This document shows, in pieces, positions 40,651 to 56,696 of a stretch of 64,000 bases of DNA. This DNA comes from Neocallimastix sp. 'constans' (taxonomy: Eukaryota). The notes beneath the pieces were generated by a model. It did not search any database. It was not told the origin of the DNA and saw only the letters and a list, made by a program, of their open reading frames with translations. The position numbers were made by a program, and so were the translations under genes. Numbering within the stretch: the first letter of the stretch is position 1; every line of letters begins with the position of its first letter. The stretch is from positions 124,001 to 188,000 of the forward strand of contig JBODTK010000104.1 in assembly GCA_050613775.1 (NCBI GenBank). The letters run 5' to 3'.

Positions 40651-41264
40651 ATGGCAGCAAAATCAAAGAAAAAGGCAGCAAGTGATGATGCTAGTAGTAA
40701 AAAAAGTAGTACACCGAATGCTAAAGCTTCTAAAGGAGGTAAAAAAGGAAAAGGAAGAAAGAAGTCTGCCTCTAAAAAGTCAGAAACTTCCGAAGCTGAT
40801 GTTGTTAAAGTTCAAGAAATTTCTTACTATGAAGAATTAATAAATACTGGTGATCCAGAAACTATTAAAAAAGCAAATAAAATAAAAGAAGGTTAACTTT
40901 TTTTTTAAAAAAAAAAAAAAAAAAAAAAATTATTTTCAAAAATATATATACATTTATAAGAAAAATTGATAGTATATATTTAAAAAAGAAAAAAAAAATA
41001 TAGAAATTAAATAATGCCAAAAATATTATTATAATATATAAATTCCGAAATATTTATAATCAAGATACTAAACTTTTATTTTCATTAATTCTTATATATA
41101 AATTTTTAGCCTTTAGTTTATTTGATCCTTCTCAAAATGAAACATGTGATGGTATTAAACATTAATAACAGTATATAATAATGAATAGAAAAAAAAATTA
41201 AATTCATGTTACTAATACATTTTTTAATTAAATAATAATGTTATAAACTATTGTATAATATACA

Positions 41265-41302
<38 letters not shown>

Positions 41303-42340
41303 AAAAGGAAGTAGGAACTATTATGAGATCATTAGGAATATTTCCAAATGAATCTCAATTACATACATTAATAAATGAGGTAAATATAAATCTGTGAAAA
41401 AAAAAAAAATTTCTTTTTTTTTTTTTTTATTTGTATATCTTAATAAATATAATTGATGATAATTAATGACTAAAGTTTAAAAACAATATCACCGTAGCAA
41501 AAATAGAAATAAATAAAATAAAAACAAAAATATAATAAAAATAAAATAGAATAAAAATATAAATATTAAATATTAAACATTTTTTAATTTTCATATATCT
41601 TACTCTATATAAATAATGCACTAAAATGTATGTTCATATTTATTAATAGATGAGTGATGAAAAGCAACCTGGTTTTGTTAGTTTTAATAAATTTTTAAAA
41701 GCAATATTTAAAATATATCAAACTCAATACCTTCCGGCTGATGATAATAAGCTATGGAGAGTTTTCAAAGTAATAAAAATATAATATATATATAATTTTA
41801 AAATAACATAATAAAAATAAAATATATATATATATATAAATTCTTTCCATCTCTTTATTTTTATTTTTTTTCCTATTATTAAACTTATACTTAATGAATT
41901 TTTTTTTTAGGTTCTTGATCCCGAAGAAAAAGGTTATTTAACCAAAGATGAACTTATTAATTTCCTTACCTCTGAAGGTGAACCATTTAATGAAGAAGGT
42001 AGTTAAAAAGAAATCATTTTTCAAATATTCTTTTTTATATATAAACATCTAAAATCTTTAGTTATTTTTTTTTATTTAAAAAAAAAAAAACTAATAAATA
42101 ATAATTATTATAATATATAATAATAATAATATAGAATTGGAATCAATTAAAACGTCTTATTTAAATAATGATGAAGAAAGATTTATATATTCAGGTATTT
42201 CATTAATAATCCATAATTATTTTATATATTATGTATTTATTGTATATAGTAAAAGGTTATTAACTTCATTTTTATAATTATTATTATCAATAATAGATTA
42301 CATTAAAGACTTGTCAAAACTGAGAAAAAGAATTTTTTAA
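40651..42340 (+). CDS. EFCAB2: EF-hand protein EFCAB2/DRC8-like (dynein regulatory complex); exons 40651-40891, 41110-41151, 41303-41379, 41650-41769, 41911-41998, 42135-42194, 42297-42340
   Basis: KIKEAFSLFD…EVGTIMRSLGIFPNESQLHTLINE…GFVSFNKFL…VFKVLDPEEKGYLTKDELINFLTSEGEPFNEEE…YSDYI matches the EFCAB2 pattern; Lys-rich N-terminal extension. Confidence 0.85.
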
Positions 42341-43027
42341 AAAAATATTTGAAAAGATAGAAAATCATTTGAAAAATAATAATCATAATCATAATCATAA
42401 TAAGGCTAAATAATAAATATTCATCTATTTAAATAAATAAATTTATGAATTATAATGTATTATAATATGAAATATATATTTATTATAACTAAAACACTAG
42501 AATGCATTTAATAATTTTTTTTTTTTACAATTTAAATACCCTATGAACATTTTAATCATTGTATCTTAATTATTATAATCATTAATAAAGAAAAATAATA
42601 TGTAAAATAATAAAAAAAAAACTATAATTTACAATAAATAAATATTAATATCTTTTTTTTTTTTTTTTTTAATTGTATTATATTTATATTTAAATATGAT
42701 AAAATAAATATATATATATAATATGAAAGTATATACATATGTTTTTTATTACTATTAATTTAATAATTGATATCATAAAAAAAAAAAAACATTAAACAAA
42801 TTGAATAACTCGTTTTATATATCAATATATATTTATGTATGCGCATAGGTTTATGTTTAAAGTATTTATTACTTTCAAAAATATAGTAATAAAAATTATT
42901 AACAATTAAATCTTATTGATATATATAGTAGTAGTATAATATAAAAAATAATTAAATATTATTAATAATATATTTTTATATAAATAAATAAATAAATAAA
43001 AAGCAATAATAAGTATTGATATAATTA

Positions 43028-43060
<33 letters not shown>

Positions 43061-44266
43061 GGTTAAATAAAATTAAAAAAAAAATAAATAAATAAAGAAT
43101 TAAAATTAAATAATAATAAAAATAATAAAGAGAGAATTAAAAATTAAATAAATAAAAATAAAAATAAAAATAAAAGAAATAAACATTAAATAATAATAGT
43201 AAAAAAAAAAAAATTAAAAATTAATAAAAACAATAAGAATTTTTTTTTAAAATTTTACTTATTATTGATGGAGAATCCATAAATTTATAATATATATTAT
43301 AAATTAATTTTTAGACTAAAAGAAATAAAAAAATTTTGTATAAAAGCTATAATAATTTTAGACTAAAAGAAAAAAAAAATGTATAAAAAGTTATAATATT
43401 TAAATATTATAAATTTAATGTTAACTTTTATATATATATATATTCCTTGAAATATAATTTTAAATAAAATGAATATTTTTATTTTAATACAGCATTAATT
43501 TGGTATCATAAAAAAAAAAAAAATTATATATATTTATTTAAAAAATTATAATTAATATTTAAAAGATTAAAATCTATTAATTCTAATATTATAATAATAT
43601 AATTGATTAAAATTTAATTAATCAAAAATTTTTATTAATTAATTCCAAAAAAAAAAAAAAATCAAAATTAAAAAATAAAATTATTCTTTTTTATTATTTT
43701 ATTTTTTTTTTTTTGCTTTTTTTCTATATAAAAAACAAACAACAACGATAATAAAAAAAATAAAAAGAACTAAAAAAATAATTAAAATAATAATAATAAT
43801 AATAATAAAAGGAAGTTAAAAAATAAGGTAATTAATTTAAATATATAAAAAAAAATAATATATAAATATCAAAAAAGAATTATTTTTTAAAAATATATTA
43901 TTTTTTTTTGTATATCAATTCAAATTTATTTAAAAAAAAAAAAATAAAAAATAAAAATAAATTATTAATATTAGGTAAATTGTCAAATATCAATAAAGTA
44001 ATTATTTAATAATTTTTTTTTTTTTTATTAATTTATAATTATAATTACTTATTCAATTTAATATTTTATATATATATATATATATAAAATAATCTATAAA
44101 TTAATTATTATAAAAACCAATTTAATAATAGTAAATATTTAATATATATATATCATAAATAAAAAAAAAAAAAATAAAAATTAATAAAATAAAATAAATA
44201 AAAATAATAATAAAAGATTAATAACAATCCTTCAAAGAAAAAGATATTAAAAATCAATAAAAGAAA

Positions 44267-45510
44267 ATGCCTTCTTGGAATTCCCTTCAAATTATAATTG
44301 ATGACCATCTTGATATCTTATTAAATAGATTAAAAGATGAAACTTTAATTGATGGTTTCAATATTCCAAAAATAAAGGATTACTATCCTTGTATTCTTAC
44401 CTTTTTTGCATTCTTTTCAATTATATACCTTTCATTAGATCCACTTTTCAAAAAAATTTGGAAGAATAAATATTATCTTAAATTGAATGGTTTTAAAAGA
44501 ACTGATTGGAACTCTAGAGTTGTTGCTTTTATTCATGCCCTTATTATAAATGCCTTCTGTATTTCTTTAATTGCTAAATATGGTTTTCCTTGGAACAAAA
44601 CTGAAAATGATTATAATGACAAAGAAGTTGATTTATATTATAAAGCCATTTCAATTTCTCTTGGGTAATTAGTATTATTATTTTTTCTTTAATTTCATAT
44701 AAAATAATTTAGTTTATATAATAAAAATATTTACATTTAGAAAATATTATATAATATAATTTATTTATATATTTATATTATTATAATTATCATTATTATT
44801 TTAATATCAAAATTTTACAATGTACTTATAAAAATAATATAACTATGTAAATGTAACAAAAAAATAAAAAAAAAAAAATTTAGATATTTCATGTGGGATA
44901 TTATTTACAGTGTATATTATGTTAAACAAGGAGGAATTGGTTTTGCTATTCATGGTGTTTGTGCCTTCTTAATTTATATCTTCACATTTGTAAGTTATAA
45001 TAATAAATATATTATAAAATTTATATAACATTTAATTATATATATTAAATTTTGTGAATATATAAATATATATTTATTATTTATTTATTTAGAGATACCA
45101 TGTTCTTGGTCACTATGCTATTTTATTTTTAAATTATGAAATTAGTGTAAGAATCATTTATTTATTTATTTTTTCTTTTTCTATTAAATAATAAATTTTA
45201 GTTGATTAGAACTTATAATAATAATAATAATAATAATTGTTGTAATTAAATCATTTTATTTTGATTATATATTATATATCAAAAATAAAAAAAAAAAATA
45301 AAATAAAATAAAAATAAAAAACTAGACTATTTTTTTGAACATTTACTGGATCTTAGATAAATTAAATAAAACTGGATCTATTTTACAACTTGTTAATGCA
45401 TTCCTTTTATTAGTAGCTTTCTTTACAGTTAGAATTGCATTTGGAACTGTTTCTATTTTTAGATTATTATGTATGTTATATATATATATATATATATATA
45501 AGAGATATCA

Positions 45511-45549
<39 letters not shown>

Positions 45550-45761
45550 AATCAAGATCTATAGTAAATTATTTAACATAATAAATTTTGTTTTATATTA
45601 TTTTCATTTATTCATTTATTATTATTATTTATTTTTTATACAATAAAGATGATCTCTTTTTCAGAAGTAAAATTTGCCCAATTTATCTTAGTTTGTATTT
45701 TACCATCAATATTATAATTATGCAATGCTTAAACTATGTCTGGTTCTATAAGATGATTAAA

Positions 45762-45810
<49 letters not shown>

Positions 45811-45835
45811 TTTAATTTATATTATTATTTATTAT

Positions 45836-45877
<42 letters not shown>

Positions 45878-46084
45878 TTTTTAAATATATATATAATTTA
45901 TTTAATATTAATACATAAATAAATATTTTTATTTTTATTTTTATTTTTATTTTTATAATTCTATTTTATAGCCGTATTAAAACATTTCCCAGGTACTTCA
46001 GAGCCAAAATCAAAGCCAGAATCAAAAGGAAAATCACCATCAAAAAAGACTAAGGGAAAAAAATCAACTAAAAAGATTGATTAA
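44267..46084 (+). CDS. TLC (TRAM/LAG1/CLN8)-domain ER membrane protein, TMEM56/TLCD4-like; exons 44267-44664, 44884-44989, 45093-45146, 45326-45470, 45649-45762, 45972-46084
   Basis: DWNSRVVAFIHA, SLGYFMWD, FAIHG, YEISTIFLNIYWILDK, FFTVRI, LNYVWFYKMI; C-terminal KKID fits the KKxx ER-retrieval motif. Confidence 0.9.
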
Positions 46085-46110
46085 TCAAATATTAATTATA
46101 AAAACAATAT

Positions 46111-46149
<39 letters not shown>

Positions 46150-46207
46150 TTCTATATAAATTATAAACATTTATTTAAAATTTATAATTTATATATATTA
46201 ATACTTT

Positions 46208-46240
<33 letters not shown>

Positions 46241-46616
46241 CTTTATATTTATATAATATCATTTAATAGTGTTTAAAAAAAATTATAATAATAAAATAAA
46301 GTAAAATTTTAATAAAATCGTTATAAATTAAAAAATAATAAATTTATAATTTATATATATTAATACTTTCTTTATTTTTATGTAATATCATTTAATAGTG
46401 TTTAAAAGAAAAAATTATAATAATAAAATAAAGTAAAATTTTAATAAAACAATTATAAATTAAATAATAATAATAATGATGATGATGATGATGATGATAA
46501 TAATAATAATAATAATATTTCTATTTATAATTTTTTTTTTTTTGCTGTATATTGAATTTTTTTTCATCTTTTTTTTTTTCCATTATGAAATACCATTCAA
46601 TGGTATATTGCGAAAG

Positions 46617-46674
<58 letters not shown>

Positions 46675-46717
46675 TATATTCATATATTCATTTTATAATA
46701 ATTGCATTCTATATTGG

Positions 46718-46762
<45 letters not shown>

Positions 46763-46959
46763 ATTTAATAATTAATTGGTAAAAAATACTAAATTATTAA
46801 GAAGAATAAAGGTTAAAAATTAAAAAAAAGATAGGAAAATTTTTAATATCTAAATAAATTCGTAAATAAATAAATTGAAAAATAATACATTGGAAAAATA
46901 AAAATAAATTGAAATTAAATTATTAAAAGATTACTATAAGATATTGTTTATCTATTTTT

Positions 46960-47005
<46 letters not shown>

Positions 47006-48460
47006 GTAATAGTAATAATAATAATTTATTGATATTATTATTATATAATGACAGAAAACAAAATGGATTATATATATATATATATAATTATATTTATAAT
47101 TTTTTTTTAGTTCAATATTTCTATATTTTTTATCTTAATATGTAATGATAGGAGCATATCATAAATATAAATAGTTCATGATCATCCTTAAATACTAAAA
47201 AAAAAAAAAAAAGACATAAAAAATATTAAAAAATTAATTTAATTTATTCTGTTATTACATGTGAACATGCGAACCCAAAAATTTAGATTAAATTCAAACC
47301 TGGAAATATTTAATACTGGATAAATACCATTATTTTAAATCCATAGTAAATTATTATAAATTAAAAACAAATAGAATAATTGGATTTACCTTCTTTGAAT
47401 TTACTTTTACTTATATATTTATATATCTTAGATTATATATATATATATATATACTTTTTATATATTATTACATCTCTTATTATTGTTGATATTAAATTTT
47501 AATTTCTGTCTTTAAAATTATTAGATTATACAGAATTAGTAACATTAAACATTTCTATTAGATAATCGAAAAAACTAATAATAGCTACTTAAAATATATA
47601 TAAATAATAATAATATTAAAAATAATAAAAATAAATTATTTATTAAATAAATTGTATATTAATGGATAAAATTTATGGATTTTATTAAAAAGACAGGAAA
47701 TATTATTTAAATATTTAAATATACAATATAATGGACCTAATGAAAACTAAATTTAAAATAAAAAAAAAAAAAAACTATTTTATATATAAAAAAAAAATAA
47801 TGCAAAAATAAGAAAATTTATATTTATATTATTTATATATATTTATTAATATAAAAATTGACATGGCGTGTATTATCACATGATATTTTAATATTTAATT
47901 TTATAGTATTTTAAAGAAATTTTAGTGGTTATATTTTTGTTTTAATTTATTATATTAAAATTATGTGGCTTATATATACTATTTTTTTTACAAAAGGGGT
48001 ATTTTTTGTTTTTTTTTTAAAAAAAATTTTTAAAGTTTAAAAAATTCAATTATATTCAAAAGGAAAAACTCACTATTTTTTTTTTTTTTTTTATTTTATT
48101 AAAGAAAAAAGAAATTTATAAAAAGATTTTAAAAAAAATTACTTATTCATTCTTAATATATAATAATTCATTAATAATTATTAAGACGAATTTCTATGAA
48201 GTATTTTATTATATAAGAAAAGTAAAACCAAAATACACTAAAATAAGTAATATTCTCATTTTATTTATTTATTTTTTTTTTTTTTTTTTTTTGAAGATTA
48301 AATTAAGGTATACCAAATTATATTGTATAATGTAATTTCATTCGTACTGTTCAATAATTTTATAAAATAATAAAAGTTTAACTTTATGAAATTCAATATT
48401 CTTATTTATATAAATATATATTTATAAAGAATTTTAACTTTTCTTAAATTTTGAACCAAA

Positions 48461-51400
48461 ATGGCAGCTCAATTAACCAGAAATTTCATTGAAGCATTGT
48501 ATAAAAATGACTATTCACATTTTGAAAATCCGGTAGTGCAAGTTTTAAATATTAAAACGACACAATCAAATGCCTATAGGTAAAAATTAATACTAAGTAG
48601 GACTAGTAACAAAAATGAAATAAATTATGAAATTATAGTTAATTCAAAAATTAAAATAAAAAAATAAATAAATGAAATTAAATAATAAATAAATTCAAAA
48701 AATTCTAAAAATAAACAAATATTTATATATATATATGTATATTCAGATAATTTAAAAGAGAAAATATATATATATATACATATATATTGACTAATGATTA
48801 TTATAAATATATAATTATATTAGAGTGCTCATTTCTGATGGTATATACTTTATGAGTTGTAAGTTTCAAAATGAATTTAAAAAATTTTTAAAAAATATTC
48901 TTTAATAAATACCTTTATAAAAATAATAATAATAATAATAATAATGATAATAATTAAAATTTTCTTTCATATTTTATCAAAAAAAAAAAAAAAAGGTTTA
49001 ACGTCTTCACTACTTATGGAGCAAACAAGTCATATTAAAAAGAATTCATTAATCAAAATTAAAAAATGCATTTCTAACAAAATTCATACCAAAAAGTAAA
49101 TAACATATTAAAACCACAAATATATATATATATTTATTAAAATATATTAAAACTACAAAAATATATATATATATATATATTAAAATAAATGTTATATAAA
49201 TTATTATTATATTGATATTAACAAAATATAATTCTAATATTAAAATAATAAAATAATTAAAACAAAAAAAAAAAAAAAAAAAAAAAAAGAATTACTACAA
49301 TTTTTGGTATTTTATTGGATTTTGACGTACTACCATATGAAAATTTAGAAAAAATTAGTAATCCTAAAAATATTCAAGAAGTATTTCCACCAAGTACAGT
49401 TAATGGTTATTCAACAAATGATTATGACCAATTAGACAAGGATAATAACAATTCCAATAATAACAATAATAATAAGGATAATAATAAGGATAATAAAGAT
49501 AATGATAATAGTGATATTGATAACATCGATAATAGTCAATCTTACTATAACATTTTGCCAATTAAATGTTTAACTCCATATCAAAATCGGTAAATCGAAC
49601 GAATTTATATGTGTTAAAATAATATTAGAAGTGCTTTTATTAAATATATTATATATATATATATATTTATATATTTATAATTTAAAATTTATATTAAATA
49701 TATTTAAAAGCTGGACCATTTGTGCCAAAGCTATAAATAAATCAAAAATAAGATATTGGAGTAATTCCCGTGGAGAAGGCAAACTTTTTTCAGTTGTATT
49801 TATGGACGATTCGGTAATATATTCAATCTATTTATTTTAATTAAAAATTATTATAAAAATAATTATTTTAATTGTTGTTATTTATTATTTATTATTCTTA
49901 TTATTCTTATTATTATATTTATTATTATTATAATTATTATGATTATATGAAAACTAAAGACTAATATACTTTATGTACTAAAACATAAAATAGAGTGAAA
50001 TTAAAGCTACTGCTTTTAATGAATCCTGTGATTATCTATATGAAAAGATTGAACAAGGAAAAGTAATTACTTTATTTACAAATTTATATAATATAAATAT
50101 ATATTTATATATTTATATTTATATAACGTTTTATTAATTCTATATCATAAATTAAAAAGATTTATCAAATTTCAGGTGCTATTATTAAATTGGCTAATAA
50201 AAGATATAATAATTGTAATAATGATTATGAAATGGAAATGAATCTTAAAACAACCATTACTATTGTAAATATATTTATATTTAAATTAAAATATTAAATG
50301 TATATGTATATATATATTAATTACAATATTTTGTATTTTTATTGTTGTTGTTGTTGTTAATGTTGTTATTATTATTGTTATTATTATTATTTTATTTATA
50401 TTTTTATTTATATTTTTATTTATATTTATATTTTTTATTTTATTTTTATTATATTTTTTTTTTATTTTTATTATTTTATTATTTTATTATTTTATTATTA
50501 AAATTTTTAGAATAAAAATCATACTTTTGATCCAAAAATGCATTATTCCTTTGTTCCACTCAACCAATTAATGAATTATGAAAAGGATTCAGTTATTGGT
50601 AGGCTTAAAAAAAAAATTGGAAATTCTATATTAAAAAAAAAAAAAAAAATAAAATAAAAATAAAATAAAATAAAAATTAAAATAAAATAGAAATAATAGA
50701 AAAATAAATAGAATAGTAGGAGTAGCGACGATAATAATAAAAATTATAAATTTTAATAGTAATTTTAGTAATAAAAAATAATAATAGTAATAATAATAGA
50801 AATATTAATAAATATAATGTAATATAAATATAAATTATTAAAGATGTTATTGGGGTTGTTGATGAAGTCAATGAAATATCGGAGTCAACTTCAAAAGCGA
50901 CTAATATACCAGTAAGTAAATTTTTAATTATCAAAAATTTAAAATTAAGTAAAAAATAACAAATAGATGATAAATAAATAAATAATATTATTATTATTAA
51001 ATGTAAAATATATATATATATGTATATATGTATGTATATATTTACATATAAAATATATATGTAAAATATATATATATATCATTAATCAATATAAAGATTC
51101 AAAGACGTGATATTTATATTGTTGATGATACTGAATATAAAGTAAGAGTTACTTTATGGAATAAGCATGCAAAAGAAATTAATTTTGAAACTAAATCTGT
51201 AGTTGCCTTTAAAACAATTAGAGTTAGCGATTTTGGAGGAAGAACATTATCAGTATTATCTTCTACTATAATTACCCTTAATCCTGATATTAATGAATCC
51301 CACAGAATTACTGGATGGTATTCTCGATATGGTGACACTGTTGACTTTAAACATTATTCAGGTTTAGGATCATATAATAGTAATATAAATGGAATGAATG

Positions 51401-51630
51401 GATACAAAACAATTCAACAAATATCTGATGAAAATCTTGGAAGTAGTGAAACAGTAAATATATAAATATATAAATACATATATATATATATATTGTATTT
51501 ATAAAATTATTGTATTTATAAAATTTAATAAAAAATATATATATATATATATTAATTGATTAAAATAATATATTTATATATATTGTATTAAATTATTATT
51601 ATTATTTTTTTTTTTTTTTTTTTTTTTATT

Positions 51631-51662
<32 letters not shown>

Positions 51663-52259
51663 TACTAAAAATAAAAATACTAATAATAATAAAGTCTGAT
51701 TACTTTAATATTATTGGAACCATTTCCTATATTAAAAAAGAAAATTTTGCATATCCAGCTTGTCCAAATGATGGTTGTAGCAGAAAGGTGATCGAAGAAG
51801 AGGATAGTTGGAGATGTGAAAGATGTTGTCAATCCTATCCAAAACCAAATTACAAGTAAAATTTAAAATATATATTTAAAGTTTTAATTTTTAATTTTTT
51901 GTTTTAATTTTTATTTTTTAATTTTAATTTTTATTTTTTAGTTTTAATTTTTTGTTTTAATTAAGTTTTAGTTTTAATTTTTGGTTTTTAGTTTTAATTT
52001 TAAGTTTTAGTTTTTAGTTTTTAGTTTTAATTTTTAATTTAGTTTTAGTTTTTGTTTGTTTGTTTGTTTGTTATGTTTATTTATAATTTATACTAATTAT
52101 TTGAAAATAAATCTTATATATTATTATTATAATAATATAATAGATATATTTTAAATGTAAATATCTTAGATCATACTGGTAATCAATATGTAACATTCTT
52201 TAATGATATTGCTGAAAAATTAATTGGTTTTAAAGCTCAAAGACTTATGGAAATCAAAG

Positions 52260-52294
<35 letters not shown>

Positions 52295-52317
52295 TTAATA
52301 TTTAAGTATATATATAT

Positions 52318-52380
<63 letters not shown>

Positions 52381-52505
52381 TATTTAAAAAAAAAAAAAGG
52401 AAACCGAAATAAATGAATTCAACAGTATATTAGATAAAATTACTTTGCAAAAATATGATTTCAGAATTAGAGCCAAAACTGAAAGTTTTAATGTAAATTT
52501 TAAAG

Positions 52506-52537
<32 letters not shown>

Positions 52538-52780
52538 TAAATATATATATTATAAATAAAAATAATAATAATAATAATAATATTGATAATAATGATAATA
52601 ATAATTGTATATATATTATAAATGAAATGTCAATTCTAAAATATATAACTATATATATATATATAGGATAAACCTATATTCAGATGTTTTGCCGTAAAAG
52701 TAAAACCAGTAAACTATAAACTTCAAATTAAAAATAATATAAATTCAATTAATAAATTAATGAATGAATTAAAATTTTAA
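48461..52780 (+). CDS. RPA1: Replication protein A large subunit (RPA70/Rfa1), 14 exons: 48461-48579, 48824-48858, 48996-49095, 49290-49589, 49711-49813, 49994-50062, 50160-50264, 50511-50598, 50844-50911, 51097-51453, 51695-51855, 52144-52258, 52400-52492, 52667-52780
   Basis: PVVQVL…YRVLISDG (N-terminal OB fold), LTPYQNRWTICAK…[12 protein letters not shown]…[18 protein letters not shown]…[11 protein letters not shown]…NPDI and zinc finger [13 protein letters not shown]…WRCERC. Confidence 0.95.
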
Positions 52781-53277
52781 AAAGTCATATATTACAAATT
52801 TATAATTAATAACACAACTATCTTCAATAATAATTACACTAATAGTTATTCAATTTTTTTTTTTTTTTCTTTTACAAAAGTATTAATACTTTCAAAATTA
52901 AAAATTAATACATATTTTTTTCATTATTAAATTTTATTAATAATGAAATAGAATTTAATTTTAAATTGTTAACATTTTCTTAAAAAAAAAAATTAAATAA
53001 GATTACTATCGTATTTTTTTATTTCATTATTTTTAATATACAAAAACGTATTATCATCAACTCTAAACTTAAAACCAAAAAAAAAAAAAAAAAGGTAAAT
53101 TTTATCTTTCTGTAAATATATATTAATAATATTATTATTATTAATAAAATTATTAAATAAAATATAATTTAAAAAAATAATAATCATAATCATTAAACTA
53201 GTTGTGATAGTGGTATTATTAATATTTTTCTTTTTTTTTTTTTTTTATTTCACTTTATTAGTGAAAAGACTTTTTAA

Positions 53278-53310
<33 letters not shown>

Positions 53311-53818
53311 GAAATTTCGAAATGATCAATTAAATTAAATTAAATTAAATATAATTAAATTAAATATAAAAATTAAAATTAAAATTAAAATTATTAATAA
53401 AATATAATTTATAATTAAAGTAAACTTTATTTATTATAAAAAGTATATTTTCTAATAAAATTGAAAATCATAAAAAAAAATAAAAAAAAAAAAAAAAAGA
53501 AAAAACCAAAATCTACAAACTAAAATCTACAAACTAAAAAACTAAAATAAAAAACTAATATATAATATATTATATATTTTATTATATTATATTATATATT
53601 AAATTATATTGCATTAATAATTTCAAAAAATCATAAATTATATTTCTAAAAAATTATATATAAAATATTAAATATAATAATAATACATCAAAATAATTAA
53701 CAAACTATAGATATAATATATTTTAATAGTTTAGTATTTAATAGTTTAATAGTTATTATTTATTATTTACTATTCATTATTTATTATTTATTTATTTATT
53801 ATTTATTATTTATTATTT

Positions 53819-53850
<32 letters not shown>

Positions 53851-54567
53851 TTATTTATTATTTATTATTATTTATTATTATTTATTATTATTTATTATAT
53901 AAATTTATTTTTTTTTATTTTTTCTTTTTTTTTTTTTCATTCGTCTTTTTATATATGCGTTCCTTTGATTTTTATGACTTTCACAATCCAATTCAATCAC
54001 AAAAAGATATCTTTCACAAAAAGCTAAATAAATAAATAATATTAATAAATAATAAATTTTTAATTAAGTGTAATATTTTATTATACTTTTTTATTTTTAT
54101 TTTTTTTTTTTTTACTGAAATTTAAATAATAAAAAACAAAATTATAATAATTTGTAATTCAATTTAAAATTTCACATTTCAAAAAATTTCTTTTTTTTTT
54201 TTTTTTCAGAAATCTATTTCTTTAATTATTCATATAATATAAATAATAATAATAGGAGAGAAAATTTAGAATATTATACTTAATTCAAAAAATATTTAAA
54301 TATCCATTAAATCTATATAATAATTTACATCAATATAATTATTGTTCTTTTATTATCAAAATACTTATTAATAAAAAATAAAAAAATAAAAAAAAATGCA
54401 ATAAAATGCAATAAAATAAAAGATTAAAAACTTCAAATCAATTAATTATTTTATAATTTAATATTACTATTCTTTAAAATATATAATAATTAGCACTTTC
54501 ATTTTATATATATATATATATATTGGTAAGTTAGATATTCATTTATATAAATCATTAATATTTAATA

Positions 54568-54602
<35 letters not shown>

Positions 54603-54874
54603 CAATAAATAGTATATAAATGTATTTATACAAACAAACATGAAAAATTACAAATAATATTTATATATATTTAAATAAATAAAGTAATCACTAATAGAAA
54701 TTATAATATATGAATAATTCAAATAATCTCAATAAATAAGTAAACAATTTTAATGATATTTTTATTATTTTAATTAAGAAATTTAATATAATTTATTATT
54801 TGATAATAATAAAAATTTCATAAATGAAGATTAATAGATAGTAAAAAAGGATTAAATAACAACTCAATAATAAT

Positions 54875-54929
<55 letters not shown>

Positions 54930-55149
54930 ATATATAAATGGTTTAATAAGTAATAATAAAGTATAAAATAAATTTCAAAAATAAATTTCAGAAAAAAAAA
55001 AAAAACAAGTAATAATAATACTATATGTATACTATATAATTATTTATTTATATTTTTTTCAATAAATTTATATTAATATATTAATACAAATAGTATAAAA
55101 CATAAATAAATAAATAAATAAATAAATAAAAATATAAATATCAGCATAT

Positions 55150-55863
55150 ATGTCACTCTATGAAGTACCAATCAATGATGATACTGAAGTTTTTCTTCAT
55201 AATGAAAATGAAGAGGAAGATATAACAGTAATAAAAGAAAAAGTTAGAAAACCTTTTCCAAAACTTCAAGTATTTTTAGCTTTATTATGTGTCTTACCGG
55301 AAGCCTTTGCTGACTCTTTAACCGTTCCATATATTTATAATATGGTTAAAGAATTTGGTGTAGCAGAAAAAGAAGAAGATATTGGTTTTTATGTCGGTTT
55401 ATTAGGATCAGCGTTTTATTTATCATTATGTATTACTAACATTTTTTGGGGACATTTATCCGATAAATTTGGTCGTAAACCTATTCTATTATGTAATATC
55501 GTTGGTACTTGTATTGGAACTATAGTATTTGGTAGTAGTCAAACATTTCATGTTGCATTGTTAGGTCGTTTTATTGCCGGTTCATGTTCAGCAAATGGTA
55601 CAGTTGCTAAAGGAATGTTAGGTGATGTAATTGATGAAAGTCAAAGGTATTATAGATATAATGGTTCACTTTTAAATTTTTATAATATAAAATAATTTTA
55701 CAGATATATTAATATTTAATAGCATATGTAAATGTATATAATAAAAAAAAAATTTTTTTTTTATTAATTTATATATATATATATTTATTCATTTACAGAA
55801 CTATTGGCTATTCATTCTATGGTGTAACTTGGGGATTAGCCTCAATGGTATATTATTATATTT

Positions 55864-55895
<32 letters not shown>

Positions 55896-56659
55896 TAAAT
55901 AATTAATTTAATTATACAAGAATATGATAAAAAATAATTGATATTCTAACATTTACATAAATATTATATATATATATATATATTCTTTTATTATACTTTT
56001 ATATTAATATTTATGCATATTTTTTATTTATTTTACTTATATATACTTATATTCTTTTTATTATACTTTTATATACACATATTATTTTATTATACTTTTA
56101 TATATATATACATATATTCTTATATTTTAATTCAATATCACATATTCAAAAATAATTAAAAAAAAAAAAAAAATAAAGATTGGTCCATTAATAGGTGGTG
56201 CACTCGCAAATCCTTCTTCAAAGTATACTATTTTTAATTATGATTTTTGGATAAAATATAACTATTTACTTCCATCAATATTTGTTATGACTCTCGGTGT
56301 TATTTCATTTTTTGTATCTTTACGTTATTTGAATGAACCAGCAATGGAACAAAATTATAATATGTTAGAAGATGAATATATTAATTTAGATGAAACCAAT
56401 ATGAATAATGATAAAAATGATTTAAATGAGACTTCCATAACTCTTAATAATACTAATAGTAATAACAATAGAAATGATACTATTTCTAGTAGCATGATAA
56501 CAGATTCATTATCATCAAAAAAAGATCTTCCATTCTTCGAATCCATAAAACTTATCTTTTCAAAATCTTCATGGATTGCTATTGTTTGTTATTGTCTGTT
56601 ATCTTTAGCAACTATGTTATTTTTTACTGTAAGATTCAAAAAAAAAAAAAAAAAAAAAA

Positions 56660-56696
<37 letters not shown>

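Noticed and set aside
46181..46449. ~110-bp direct duplication downstream of the TLC gene (similar case at 8680-8935)
   Set aside because: Real but low-complexity local duplications with no sign of function or mobility.
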